Shown piece after piece: positions 28,819 through 38,779 of a stretch of DNA of 64,000 nucleotides. The notes beneath the pieces are model-generated. The model was not told where the DNA came from, did no database searches, and worked only from the letters and a program-made list of their open reading frames with translations. Numbering within the stretch: position 1 is the first letter of the stretch; the number at the start of each line of letters is the position of its first letter. Origin of the DNA: an uncultured virus (IMG/VR IMGVR_UViG_3300038960_000189) (taxonomy: Duplodnaviria > Heunggongvirae > Uroviricota > Caudoviricetes); the IMG/VR virus record IMGVR_UViG_3300038960_000189. One strand, 5' to 3'. Made by a program: the position numbers and the translations under genes.

Positions 28819-29479
28819 AACGTTTACGATCTATAAGATTTTTTTGTTTTGCTTCTTTTACCCAGATGTCCATTATGTTATCAACATCTTTTTTTAATAA
28901 ATATTGCGATGAAGGACAAGTATGTAAATATTCTAAAAATACTTCTTGTAGTCCTCTTTTTTGTTTACTTGCTTGAAATTGTAATCCATGGATCATTGCT
29001 GGTATCTCTTTTGCCAGTAAAAAATAATCTGCATATGTTTTTAAATTTTTTCTTTCCTCTTGATCATCCGGCAAATATTTTCCAGGTAATGTATTATATC
29101 CACATTGAGTTAAATGTTCTAATTCATGTCTAAAACTATTTCTAACCATAATAGCAACTTTGCTATATATATTTGGAATAGATTTAGGATCCAACTTAAC
29201 TGTTATTTCTACATATGGTATTTTATCTGAAACAGGTTCAGTTGGATTATATGCATTTCCAGAAATATAGAATTGATTGCACCATTGTATTTGCATTCCT
29301 ACATAAAATCGTAATGGGATCGATTCATTGATAACTTCAAGAAACCATTTATTTTCAAATTCGTTGGTCTTTTTTCCGGTGAAATCTTTTTTAATTGCTT
29401 CTAAAAATTTATTAGATAATGTGGTTACAATATTTCGATATCGACCTGAAATATATATTACTTCGTGATCTTGTTGCAT
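28796..29479 (-). CDS. HExxH-motif putative metallopeptidase
   Basis: FRHELEHLTQ ... YF...KEIPA. Confidence 0.6.
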   Translation of the reverse strand: MQQDHEVIYISGRYRNIVTTLSNKFLEAIKKDFTGKKTNEFENKWFLEVINESIPLRFYVGMQIQWCNQFYISGNAYNPTEPVSDKIPYVEITVKLDPKSIPNIYSKVAIMVRNSFRHELEHLTQCGYNTLPGKYLPDDQEERKNLKTYADYFLLAKEIPAMIHGLQFQASKQKRGLQEVFLEYLHTCPSSQYLLKKDVDNIMDIWVKEAKQKNLIDRKRYGRNDNM

Positions 29480-29983
29480 TTAATCTACTTCAATTAATAT
29501 AGTATCATTAGGATTAATCATAATATTACCTTTATTGGTAGTATATATTTTCTTTGAAGTAGTTCCTCCACTTTCAGGAAATATCGACACAGATACAGTT
29601 CCAGTTTTTAGATTGATAGGTAAATCGCCATTAAATGTTTGATATCCAGGCATTTCTATTCTTAATGTTGTTCCTGTTGTTGTCGAACCTTTGATATTAG
29701 CTATACCATTTGCATCAGTAGTAGTTGAAAGATTTCCTACATAGTTTCCAGGGACTGTTTGTGTAGTAGTTGTTGTAACAGTAGCTCCCACTACTGGAGT
29801 ATTTGTAGTTCCATTTAAAACTCTTACAGTAGCATTAAAAACATTATCAGCTTGTATACCTATTCCAAAGAGACTAGCAACTGGGTCAAATGGGGTTGTT
29901 ACACCTATTCCAAAAACTACGGGTTTAGGTGTTGGAGCTTGTATACCAATTCCATAAAATGATATTCTATCATCTACTGCCAT
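29480..29983 (-). CDS. putative virion protein with carboxypeptidase-regulatory-like beta-sandwich
   Basis: TNTPVVGATV, TTDANG, MPGYQT. Confidence 0.6.
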   Translation of the reverse strand: MAVDDRISFYGIGIQAPTPKPVVFGIGVTTPFDPVASLFGIGIQADNVFNATVRVLNGTTNTPVVGATVTTTTTQTVPGNYVGNLSTTTDANGIANIKGSTTTGTTLRIEMPGYQTFNGDLPINLKTGTVSVSIFPESGGTTSKKIYTTNKGNIMINPNDTILIEVD

Positions 29984-31401
29984 TATACTGATCCTGTGAG
30001 ATTAGTACGTAATGTAAATCTAAATTGAAGATATTGTGCAGAAATTGAATCGTAGCTAGAAGTTAGAAATCCCATATCTCCACTTCCTGATCCATTTGAT
30101 GAAATAAATGGCTGTTCATCTAAAGTATAAATTTGATAATCTAAGCCTGATAAATCAGCTTCATTTCCATATCTCATTTCATATGTATATCTTGTAGGAT
30201 ATTGATTATGTATACTTGAACTATGAACTGCAATTGCACACGCATTTTCTACTGTAGAAGTCCATGAGCTATGAATATGTTCAATTGGCTTTATTTGTCC
30301 TAAATTTACTACAGCTGTGGTAATAGACCCTGTCGGACCTGCAGCAGAAGAAGAAATTCGCAATGAATTATTTTCTTCTATAATATTATTCCATACGGCT
30401 CCACCATCTACATGTAGGATATTAGCGGTACTTCCACTATACCCATATGCAGTAGTTGGTTTCTGATTTCCTAGGAAATTTGAAAATGCTGGTTGATTAT
30501 AATTATCAAATATAGTTTCATTGTTTCCTGCTTGAAGTGTTCCTTGTGCACCATTCCAAGTACCACCACCAGATATATTGGTATTATATGATCCTGTAGC
30601 TACTATAAAATTTTGACCAATAGTATCAACATTACTATAATTATCTACAATATATTGAGATGATGTAATTGTAATAGTACTATCAATAACATCATATGTA
30701 GATAATTGACTACCAGCTTCAAAAAAACAATTTTTAAGAGTAGCTGTACTTACTTCTCTGTAAAATAATACTACTGGATTTTCATATCCATCTGATCTTC
30801 CGAAATAACAATTTTGAATATCCCAATAAACATTATTTGTCGACGTACCGCTTCCATTAACCATAGTCAATAATGGTGAGTTTATAAAGACACAATTTTG
30901 CATTGTAGTGTATTGACAATATTTACCGTTTCTAGTTGATAAATCAGAATCTTGAAATCTGCAATTATGAAATTCTAATTTATAACTATTCCAATTATAA
31001 CTTGAATATGTATCATATTGCAAAAATGATGACATATTTGTAAAAGTACAATCATAGAATTGTGATCTATGATAGTAAGTTGCAAGTCCATGTACTGCAC
31101 CATTAATAAAATGAAATCCAGTAAATGTACTATTTCGACAATTATATACAACAGATCCATTACTTAGTCCTGATGAATCTAATATAGCAGTTCCGTCAGC
31201 ACAAAGATAATAATATGTTGTTCCAAAATTTAATTCTTCATTATATACACCAGTACCTACAACAATTTTATCTCCTTGGGATGCTGCAGTTACTGCTGCA
31301 TTTATTGTTTTAAACGGAGATGTGGTAGTACCCGAATTAGTGTCGTCTCCACTAATAGCATCTACATAATAATCTCCTGCTTCTTTCCATTGAGTTGCCA
31401 T
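29983..31401 (-). CDS. putative tail/receptor-binding protein with right-handed beta-helix
   Basis: YYVDAISGDDTNSG...PFKTINAA...GDKIVVGTGVYNE followed by NC.F repeats. Confidence 0.75.
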   Translation of the reverse strand: MATQWKEAGDYYVDAISGDDTNSGTTTSPFKTINAAVTAASQGDKIVVGTGVYNEELNFGTTYYYLCADGTAILDSSGLSNGSVVYNCRNSTFTGFHFINGAVHGLATYYHRSQFYDCTFTNMSSFLQYDTYSSYNWNSYKLEFHNCRFQDSDLSTRNGKYCQYTTMQNCVFINSPLLTMVNGSGTSTNNVYWDIQNCYFGRSDGYENPVVLFYREVSTATLKNCFFEAGSQLSTYDVIDSTITITSSQYIVDNYSNVDTIGQNFIVATGSYNTNISGGGTWNGAQGTLQAGNNETIFDNYNQPAFSNFLGNQKPTTAYGYSGSTANILHVDGGAVWNNIIEENNSLRISSSAAGPTGSITTAVVNLGQIKPIEHIHSSWTSTVENACAIAVHSSSIHNQYPTRYTYEMRYGNEADLSGLDYQIYTLDEQPFISSNGSGSGDMGFLTSSYDSISAQYLQFRFTLRTNLTGSV

Positions 31402-31403
31402 GT

Positions 31404-31709
31404 TTATTTACTTTCTATTTTGAATTCATTTATTGTACCTAATATAGCAAAACATCTACTATCGCCAGATCCAAATTTATAATTGTATGAAGTTTTATAT
31501 ATATAATCAAATTCAGGATATGACTTTTCTATCCATGTTTGAGACAGAATTCTTTGTAATTTAGAATTTCTTGTTTGCTCCTTTATATCTATAGGGGTAT
31601 TAGATTCTATAATTTCATTTATAAACATATATGAACCTGAATCAGGCTGTTCTGTCCATGGTAATGTTGTATCATATTCTGATCCGTTTGGTAAACTAAT
31701 TATTGCCAT
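31404..31709 (-). CDS. hypothetical protein (tail module)
   Basis: Lies between two fibre-like genes. Confidence 0.6.
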   Translation of the reverse strand: MAIISLPNGSEYDTTLPWTEQPDSGSYMFINEIIESNTPIDIKEQTRNSKLQRILSQTWIEKSYPEFDYIYKTSYNYKFGSGDSRCFAILGTINEFKIESK

Positions 31710-31724
31710 TCTATTCCTTTAATG

Positions 31725-34364
31725 TTATGTAACTATTATTTGTGTGATATTGCTACCACTATATGTTAATGTATATGTTTTATTTATTCCATCTGATCCA
31801 GTTACTGTGATAGCTGCCGGATTACCTTCAGATACAGACCCAGTATATGTAATATTAGTTATTTGTTCTGTACCACTCTCATATAATTTTGTAATACGTG
31901 TTACATTATCGCCATCATATTCAATGCTAGCGGTTGTATACAACGTTCTAGATGTTCCAGCTACTGATAATGCGTCAGTAAATCTACCAGATCCAGATAC
32001 TACAAATGTTTCTGAAAAACCTTGTATATCTGAAGTAGGATTTAATGCCGATGCTGTTACATTAACAAACACTTGTCCAGAACCACTTACTGTGAATCCA
32101 GCGTCTTGAGCTTGGAACATTCCTTTTCTAGAAAATATATATTCTGATTTATGTTGACTTAATCCAGCAGCAGCTCGTAATGATATATCACTTTCATAAT
32201 TTACGCCTGTGCCTTCTTGTCTCTCAATTCCAATTTCTGAAGAGTATGTAGTAGAATTTGCACCCATATAAATATGAACCGAATCATCTTTATTATCTCC
32301 TCTGATCCATAAATAATTTACTTTATTTGATCCTGTATCCCCAGCACCTCCTAAAATTAATCTTCCTCCAGGAGTTGCAGTATTTCCTTGCTCATCTAAT
32401 GTTAAACTTCCTGCAAAGCCTGAATATAATTTTGTTTTAGACCAATTACCATGATTTTGAAAAACAATAGAACTATCATTATAGCTATGAATTGTTAATG
32501 ATCTATCTGATTGTTCTACTCCTGTAGCTATTCTACCAAGTAATACATCATTATTAAATGTAGCTGTACTACCTGTTGTGTGTAATGATCCTGATATTTC
32601 TACTGCGCCTAATATTTTTGTATTACCATCTCTATCGATAGAGAATACATTATCTCCGTCAATATTGTCTCCACGAAATAGTCCTAAATCATAATTTGCT
32701 TCAGCTTCAACATGTACCATAGCTGACGCAGTAAAATATTGTTGAAATCCAAACCCCTTACTTTGATTTAAATTGATTGCTAATGAACCAGATTTGCATA
32801 TTCTAAACGGAATCGAACTATCATTTCCAGTTCCGCTACTATTATCTTGTATTTGAAAGTATACATTATTAGGATTCCTTAAGTACCCAGATGCACTACT
32901 AACTAATGATCCAGATACTATGAGTCGAAGCCCAGAACTTTGATTATATAATCCATCATTTCTTTGATATCCAGTTGCCGACGAATTTAATATAAATTGT
33001 TGTTTAGCATATGTGCTTTGTGCTATAAATTGACCTCCAGTTGCAGATAAATAATATTTATAAAACGGTCTAGTTGATGAACCTATAAAAGGAAAAGGTG
33101 TATTACCAGTCGTAGTAGTGATTGCCTCTATTCCTCCTTGAACAAATTTGATACTTCCTGTATATCCTGTTGAACTATCACTAATGAATACTTGTCCGTC
33201 ATTTTGAAATGATGTATTATTAGTTTCACCCACTTCTCTGGATAATATAAGTTTTGAAGATGATACTCTACTTTCTATTAATAATGTTGGATTTCCTTGA
33301 TCAAAGCCAAAACCTAATCGACTTTTATGCGTTTCAGCTATATCTGTTTCTGTTATATTAAATGCTGATCCAGATGCAATTGCTATATCTACTGACCCTG
33401 ATATTCCTAATGAGCCAGTAGCTATTATATTTCCTTTTACATCTAATGTTACATCTGAAGATCCTGTAATCTGTAATGTATTGGTTGCATAAGGATTATT
33501 TAAAGCAACATTGTCTTCATCTGTAACTAGTCCCCAACTTAATTTATTACCTGAATAAAGATATGTGTTCTGCCATCTTCTATTCCAAAATCCTAAATCC
33601 AATTGATTTGTAGTTGCAGGTTGTAAACTTCCTGACGATAAAACAAAACCATAATTTACTCCAGAGACTGTTCTACGAAAAACTCCTTGATTAGTAATTT
33701 TTAAACCATCACCTGTTAAATTGAATTTTAAATGAAGAGCACTTTCTTTCACTCGACTGGTTATACTTAAAATAGGATCTCCATGATCATAATCAAAGCT
33801 CAACCTATTTGCTTGATCTATATCATTCTCTGTAATTGTAAAAGCAGATCCTGAAGCTAATGATATATCCATAGATCCAGAAACATTTATCGACCCAGTT
33901 GCTATAAGATTGTCAATTTCGGTTGTGTATGTACTGCCATTTAATCCATGCTTAATACCAAATATTCTCCAGCCATAGTTTTGAGTAACACCTCCTAATA
34001 CTAAACTGGAGTCATTCAATCTAACAAGATCCATGCCAGAATTAGTGGTACCTAAATATAGAGCTGATGTAGCTACGCCTGGGTGTAGAGTTGTACCATG
34101 AGCTATATAAGCATATCCTTTACCAAATAACGGATTATTAGGATTATGCTTATCAGCAAAAGAAGCTGTCTCTGCAAAAGAAGCTGTCTCTGCAAATGAT
34201 GATGAAATTTCATATGAAGCAGATGTTGCAAAAGATGCTGATATAGCATTAGGTGGTATGAACAACGAGCCAGTACCATCAACTATTTCGCCATTAGATG
34301 ATATTTGTAGTAAACGTTGATATGTATCGTTTACTTTTTGACCTGTTAAATCTGGCAATGCCAT
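31725..34364 (-). CDS. tail fibre-like virion protein
   Basis: 879 aa, G/S/T-rich, recurring TGS/SGS motifs, SFAETA tandem repeats, internal duplication (ATGS..SGS.DI..ASGSAF.ITE.DI). Confidence 0.7.
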   Translation of the reverse strand: MALPDLTGQKVNDTYQRLLQISSNGEIVDGTGSLFIPPNAISASFATSASYEISSSFAETASFAETASFADKHNPNNPLFGKGYAYIAHGTTLHPGVATSALYLGTTNSGMDLVRLNDSSLVLGGVTQNYGWRIFGIKHGLNGSTYTTEIDNLIATGSINVSGSMDISLASGSAFTITENDIDQANRLSFDYDHGDPILSITSRVKESALHLKFNLTGDGLKITNQGVFRRTVSGVNYGFVLSSGSLQPATTNQLDLGFWNRRWQNTYLYSGNKLSWGLVTDEDNVALNNPYATNTLQITGSSDVTLDVKGNIIATGSLGISGSVDIAIASGSAFNITETDIAETHKSRLGFGFDQGNPTLLIESRVSSSKLILSREVGETNNTSFQNDGQVFISDSSTGYTGSIKFVQGGIEAITTTTGNTPFPFIGSSTRPFYKYYLSATGGQFIAQSTYAKQQFILNSSATGYQRNDGLYNQSSGLRLIVSGSLVSSASGYLRNPNNVYFQIQDNSSGTGNDSSIPFRICKSGSLAINLNQSKGFGFQQYFTASAMVHVEAEANYDLGLFRGDNIDGDNVFSIDRDGNTKILGAVEISGSLHTTGSTATFNNDVLLGRIATGVEQSDRSLTIHSYNDSSIVFQNHGNWSKTKLYSGFAGSLTLDEQGNTATPGGRLILGGAGDTGSNKVNYLWIRGDNKDDSVHIYMGANSTTYSSEIGIERQEGTGVNYESDISLRAAAGLSQHKSEYIFSRKGMFQAQDAGFTVSGSGQVFVNVTASALNPTSDIQGFSETFVVSGSGRFTDALSVAGTSRTLYTTASIEYDGDNVTRITKLYESGTEQITNITYTGSVSEGNPAAITVTGSDGINKTYTLTYSGSNITQIIVT

Positions 34365-34374
34365 TTAAATAACC

Positions 34375-34956
34375 TCATTTTTTTGTTAGTTCGTCTAGAA
34401 CTCCACTTATAACTTCTTGTTTTTCCGATTCTAATATTGGTTTATGTTTCATATATGTCGCAACAATTCTATCAATTCTATCTTTTTTAATTAATAGATT
34501 ATTCATATTAATATTTTCTCGTACTAATAGTTTTAATAAATTAACTACATGATTAGTTTCTTTTTGTGTAACTTTAATCGGAGTAGATTCTTTTTTCAAC
34601 TTGGCTTTTACTTCAATTTTATCTTCTGTTATAATGTCTTTGTCAGTCTGAGATTTAACTTCTACTGTTACTGATTTGCTAGATTCTATTTCAAATGTTG
34701 ATTCCCATGGTGTGAAATACGTGTCTTCTGCTATCACTTCTAACTTAATATTTCCTTTTACTGACTCATCGATCAATCCTTTTAATTTTCTAATTGGTAT
34801 AGAACATTTTCCATTAGAATCAATTTTACCATTAAACATTAAGCTATAGCTATTTGTTTCAATAACTAATCTAGATTTTGAATTTTGAAGGCTTGCTCCT
34901 TTTATTTTTATATCACATTCAAAAACTTCTGATTTATCTGTAAATAATTTATACAT
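34375..34956 (-). CDS. hypothetical (putative structural) protein
   Basis: 193-aa ORF in the late module. Confidence 0.65.
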   Translation of the reverse strand: MYKLFTDKSEVFECDIKIKGASLQNSKSRLVIETNSYSLMFNGKIDSNGKCSIPIRKLKGLIDESVKGNIKLEVIAEDTYFTPWESTFEIESSKSVTVEVKSQTDKDIITEDKIEVKAKLKKESTPIKVTQKETNHVVNLLKLLVRENINMNNLLIKKDRIDRIVATYMKHKPILESEKQEVISGVLDELTKK

Positions 34957-35254
34957 TTATATTCTCCACAATCAAATCAACACCTAATACTTTTTTTGTT
35001 ACTAATTTTATATCTTCTACATTAACTTCAATATCAGTATCAATTGTTTTTTGACCACTATATGTTTCAATTCCTTTTACTTTGCAAACTAATTTAATAA
35101 ATTGCTTTTGTTCATCATCAGATAAACGATCTTTGTATTTAGAGCTATGCCCGCCATCAGTGGCTTTGATAACTAAACATACATCATCCCATGTAAATGG
35201 ATTATCGTTCCAAAGATAATCAACTTCGTCCCATGTTAAACATGTACTTTTCAT
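34949..35254 (-). CDS. hypothetical protein
   Basis: ORF preceded by the ATATTTAT motif. Confidence 0.6.
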   Translation of the reverse strand: MKSTCLTWDEVDYLWNDNPFTWDDVCLVIKATDGGHSSKYKDRLSDDEQKQFIKLVCKVKGIETYSGQKTIDTDIEVNVEDIKLVTKKVLGVDLIVENINV

Positions 35255-35266
35255 TTATTATAAATA

Positions 35267-35827
35267 TCATTCTAATAAATTATAGTTCCAATATTTTTCT
35301 TTTTCCTTATTATAAGGATTACCAGTTTGCATATAATAACAGTTTAAACATAATAATTGTAAGTTTTCTAGTCGATGATTTGTTATATCTCCGTCTATAT
35401 GATCCAATAACAAAGGTGTTGTATCATCTGTTATTCTTCGTTCTTCATATCCACAACAATTGCATTTTTCTGGTAATATTCCTAATGCTAAGATTCTATT
35501 TCGCAATTTCCATACAGGATAATTTGGATGCTCTCCTTGTAAAATTTTATCTATAGAATATGCCCCAGATGTAGCTCTTGATATATCTTTTCGTATTCCT
35601 TTGCCGGCTTGATTCTTATGTAGTTCCCAAAGAGTTTTACCAGATTCAGAATCAGTATACATTTTTGCATATTTTTTATATGTTGTAAATGATACTTTAA
35701 CAAATCTAGCAGCTTCTGAATTAGATTTAGTGTTTTCCATTGCATATCTAATTTCAGACTCTGATAAGTTTAATGAGGTTCTACCTCGACCATAAACATA
35801 CTTATATTTTGATTTGTCTACACCCAT
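35267..35827 (-). CDS. HNH endonuclease
   Basis: CNCCG...LLLDHIDGDITNHRLENLQLLCLNC. Confidence 0.85.
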   Translation of the reverse strand: MGVDKSKYKYVYGRGRTSLNLSESEIRYAMENTKSNSEAARFVKVSFTTYKKYAKMYTDSESGKTLWELHKNQAGKGIRKDISRATSGAYSIDKILQGEHPNYPVWKLRNRILALGILPEKCNCCGYEERRITDDTTPLLLDHIDGDITNHRLENLQLLCLNCYYMQTGNPYNKEKEKYWNYNLLE

Positions 35828-36213
35828 ATAATATCTTTGGACTGCAAATATCGTAGTGCATCCTTTGGTAACATTTTCAAATCAAAACAATCTCTAATTC
35901 GTTCTTTAGCTCCAGGAGCTGACATCATATCATTAATACTAGATGCAGGATATCCTGTTAAATCTTTAACTTGTTCTAACCAAGCATAATATGAAGAAAA
36001 TTTTCTATCAAACTTTTGTCCGGGTGTCATATTTTCGTAATATTCTAATTGATCCTTTAACGGCCATAAATCAATAGGAACGTCTTTTGCTTTACGTCTA
36101 GCAGGAAGACGATCTCTATATTTTTCTCGTTTTTCTTGTCGTTTAATGAATTTATCCATCAAATCCATTGAACGATCTTTCGGCGATTCGCCAATTGTAG
36201 CTTTCTTACTCAT
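35818..36213 (-). CDS. hypothetical protein
   Basis: 131-aa ORF. Confidence 0.6.
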   Translation of the reverse strand: MSKKATIGESPKDRSMDLMDKFIKRQEKREKYRDRLPARRKAKDVPIDLWPLKDQLEYYENMTPGQKFDRKFSSYYAWLEQVKDLTGYPASSINDMMSAPGAKERIRDCFDLKMLPKDALRYLQSKDIIWV

Positions 36214-36381
36214 TTTGATATTTCTTTTTTATTGTGACTAATTTTTTCCAAGCATCTTCAGCACGGTAAATATATTTTTGAAATTTAAAAATATCTTTTT
36301 TTTCTTTTTGTTGTTCAGCATATCTCAAATTTCTGTGATATGAAGCATGATATAATCCTATACGTATTTTGTCTAAAAATT

Positions 36382-36633
36382 TCATTTAACTAATGTTACA
36401 GTCAATCCTTCTTCAATTAATGAATCGTATATTTGTGTAGAAATAGTTGGATGATCTATAAATACTTCACAGAATCCTCGCGAATGTATTAAATTAGTAC
36501 ACTGTACAGCTTGTAAATAGTTATGCCCACATATTTCTTGCAATGTTTTTGTAACAAAATCAAAAGTGTTATGATCGTCATTCATAACTATTACTTTGTA
36601 ATTTTTACTTTTTTTGGATCTTTTCTTTCTCAT
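36382..36633 (-). CDS. clpS: ClpS-like N-degron adaptor
   Basis: YKVIVMNDDHNTFDFVTKTLQEICGH...QAVQCTNLIHSRG. Confidence 0.85.
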   Translation of the reverse strand: MRKKRSKKSKNYKVIVMNDDHNTFDFVTKTLQEICGHNYLQAVQCTNLIHSRGFCEVFIDHPTISTQIYDSLIEEGLTVTLVK

Positions 36634-36846
36634 TATTAATAACTGTACAGTATTCGTATAACTCATTTATTTCCAACCACTCTAGGCATTCGTCTAAAAA
36701 TTCTAACTTATCTATTCCTATCCAATTAGCTGGCCATTCGTATTCGTTATGTTTAATTGACATAACTACATCCAGTATCATTTTTTCAAAGTAATTTTTA
36801 TCTGAATCCATAATATATTATAATGATTTTTTGGGAGAAATACAAC

Positions 36847-37380
36847 CTACAAATTTTTTAAGAAATGCTCACTTTCTTTTTGTCTTCTAGGATTTAAACC
36901 GCCAAATCCTTTTTTTAATCCATAAGTTAATATAGATTTCCCAGCTTCTTGATATTTTTTTTGTTTGACTAGTTGTATGAAATCAGAATTAAGCATTGCG
37001 TTACACCCTGAATTAAATACGATTGAAACTAAAACATCAAACATTTCTTGTGTAATTGTAATGTTTAGTTTTTGTTGAACATTCCATCTAGTAAATAATC
37101 TCCTAACACAATTAGCAGCTTCTGTCAAATCTGTATACATTAACTGTAATGCTTGTTGTTTAGTAATCTTTTGTCCAGAAGTTACATTTTTTGTATGTCC
37201 ATATCCTATTGTCCATGGATCATTTTTATGTTTATATGCTGTTAGAACTGGTTCTCCTTTTTTCTTAGGATCTCCTTCTTCATATTTAATAAAATCAAAA
37301 AGCCATTGGCTTCCACGAAGATTACGACCATCTTTATAATTTCCAGATGATTCATTTAATATGTCTTTTAATTTTATCAT
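36847..37380 (-). CDS. GH24 lysozyme
   Basis: IKYEEG...AYK...D.WTIGYGHT, ITQEMFDVLVSIVFNSG, GLNPRRQKE. Confidence 0.9.
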   Translation of the reverse strand: MIKLKDILNESSGNYKDGRNLRGSQWLFDFIKYEEGDPKKKGEPVLTAYKHKNDPWTIGYGHTKNVTSGQKITKQQALQLMYTDLTEAANCVRRLFTRWNVQQKLNITITQEMFDVLVSIVFNSGCNAMLNSDFIQLVKQKKYQEAGKSILTYGLKKGFGGLNPRRQKESEHFLKNL

Positions 37381-37396
37381 ATAAATGTTTTATCAT

Positions 37397-37488
37397 AAAA
37401 AGGAATAGGCTTATAGTTGAGAGCTTTAATCTCCATGGCTTTTCAAAGTTCTATGTAGGTTAACAGGCCTAATAGCCTATTCCTTTTT
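37397..37488. terminator. 15-bp inverted repeat enclosing 62 nt; terminator-like or structured element
   Basis: AAAAAGGAATAGGCT (37397-37411) / AGCCTATTCCTTTTT (37474-37488). Confidence 0.55.
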
Positions 37489-38564
37489 TATTTAACTAAT
37501 TTATCCATTTTCTTTTTCAATCTTCCTTGACGATTTTTAAGTCGTTTTAGTCGAGTTGCTTTACGTTTCTCTTTACCCTTTAATGCTTTCTTTTTGAATT
37601 CTTGATTGTCAGCATTTGTTATTGGTGCAGCTTGTCGTAAACTTGTAGCAATATCAGCGCCGCTGACAGGAACAGTAGTAACATCCATAGGGGTGATTGG
37701 CTCTAATGTCATTGAATCGCTACTTTTAATTGCTTTCATAACAGCGTCATGTGTTTTTTGACCAAATAATCCATCTACTTTGAGACTTAGAAAATCTTGT
37801 ATATCTTTTGTTTGTTTTTTAGTTTTTGGTCCATACATTCCATCTACTTCAAGCGGTCTAAATTGACCATTTGCTGCAGCATCACCAGTTGCAAACTCAT
37901 TCATATGTTGTTGTGCGGTCTCAACTGCTATGCCGCAATCGCCTGATCTTAAATAACTTCTTCCAGTTATAATATTTTCAACATACCAATCTAAATCTAA
38001 ATTTCTTTTACAAAATCCTCCAGAAGGTTCTTGATCATATATTTCACTTCCATCTTCTGTATCTTGTCCTCCAGGTGTTCCAGCATCGGTATCTAGATCT
38101 GTAGGAAGTGGAGGAGCTGTTCCGAATTCTTTTGTTTTTATTACATTTAGTATTTCATCTCTTGTTCCGCTATATTGGCCTGCACCACCTCTAACTGAAT
38201 CCCAATCTTTAGTGAAAAATAACAATAAAAGGTCATCAGATCTTTCGCCATTAGTCTGCATTGGATTTCTAACTGTACCCATAAGTGTATCACCTTGATA
38301 AACTAGCAAATCATGAGCTCCTTCTGCTGTTCCTGATTTTACAATGCCTCCGTCTTGAACATTCCAATCATCATAATTTGGTAAAAGCTCACCAATATCT
38401 TTTTGTAAAATATCGATATTCATAGCTTCAGTTAATGGATTCCATTTCATCTTCATTAGCTTTTGAGAAGGAAGTTCTCCTAATATATGCTCATTTACAC
38501 GATCAAGATTCTTAGTTTTAAATCTTTTCATGTTGTTCGTTAATAAATTCTTTTTTTGTTTCAT
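37488..38564 (-). CDS. peptidoglycan-binding domain protein
   Basis: LRSGDCG.AVETAQ, LEVDGMYGPKT, LKVDGLFGQKT. Confidence 0.8.
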   Translation of the reverse strand: MKQKKNLLTNNMKRFKTKNLDRVNEHILGELPSQKLMKMKWNPLTEAMNIDILQKDIGELLPNYDDWNVQDGGIVKSGTAEGAHDLLVYQGDTLMGTVRNPMQTNGERSDDLLLLFFTKDWDSVRGGAGQYSGTRDEILNVIKTKEFGTAPPLPTDLDTDAGTPGGQDTEDGSEIYDQEPSGGFCKRNLDLDWYVENIITGRSYLRSGDCGIAVETAQQHMNEFATGDAAANGQFRPLEVDGMYGPKTKKQTKDIQDFLSLKVDGLFGQKTHDAVMKAIKSSDSMTLEPITPMDVTTVPVSGADIATSLRQAAPITNADNQEFKKKALKGKEKRKATRLKRLKNRQGRLKKKMDKLVK

Positions 38565-38779
38565 TTGTTACCTTTTCTATTATTATATGGAAATAGTTTA
38601 TTTAATTTTTCTTGTCGTCGATCACAACCACAGTCACTATTTGTAAGTTCAGCAATTCTTTTTGCTAATTGATCCAGCCTAGTGGCTGATGTAATTTTTT
38701 TTATATCGTCTCCTAATCCTCTAGATTTCATAATTATTTTTTCTTTTTGTTCCTGCCACGCTTCATATTCAAATTCCAT
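38561..38779 (-). CDS. conserved small phage protein
   Basis: SRGLGD.I.KIT...DCGCDRRQEKLNKLFPY. Confidence 0.65.
   Translation of the reverse strand: MEFEYEAWQEQKEKIIMKSRGLGDDIKKITSATRLDQLAKRIAELTNSDCGCDRRQEKLNKLFPYNNRKGNK

Noticed and set aside
34158..34197. 18-bp tandem repeat as a regulatory or phase-variation element
   Set aside because: In-frame coding repeat (SFAETA) typical of fibre proteins.
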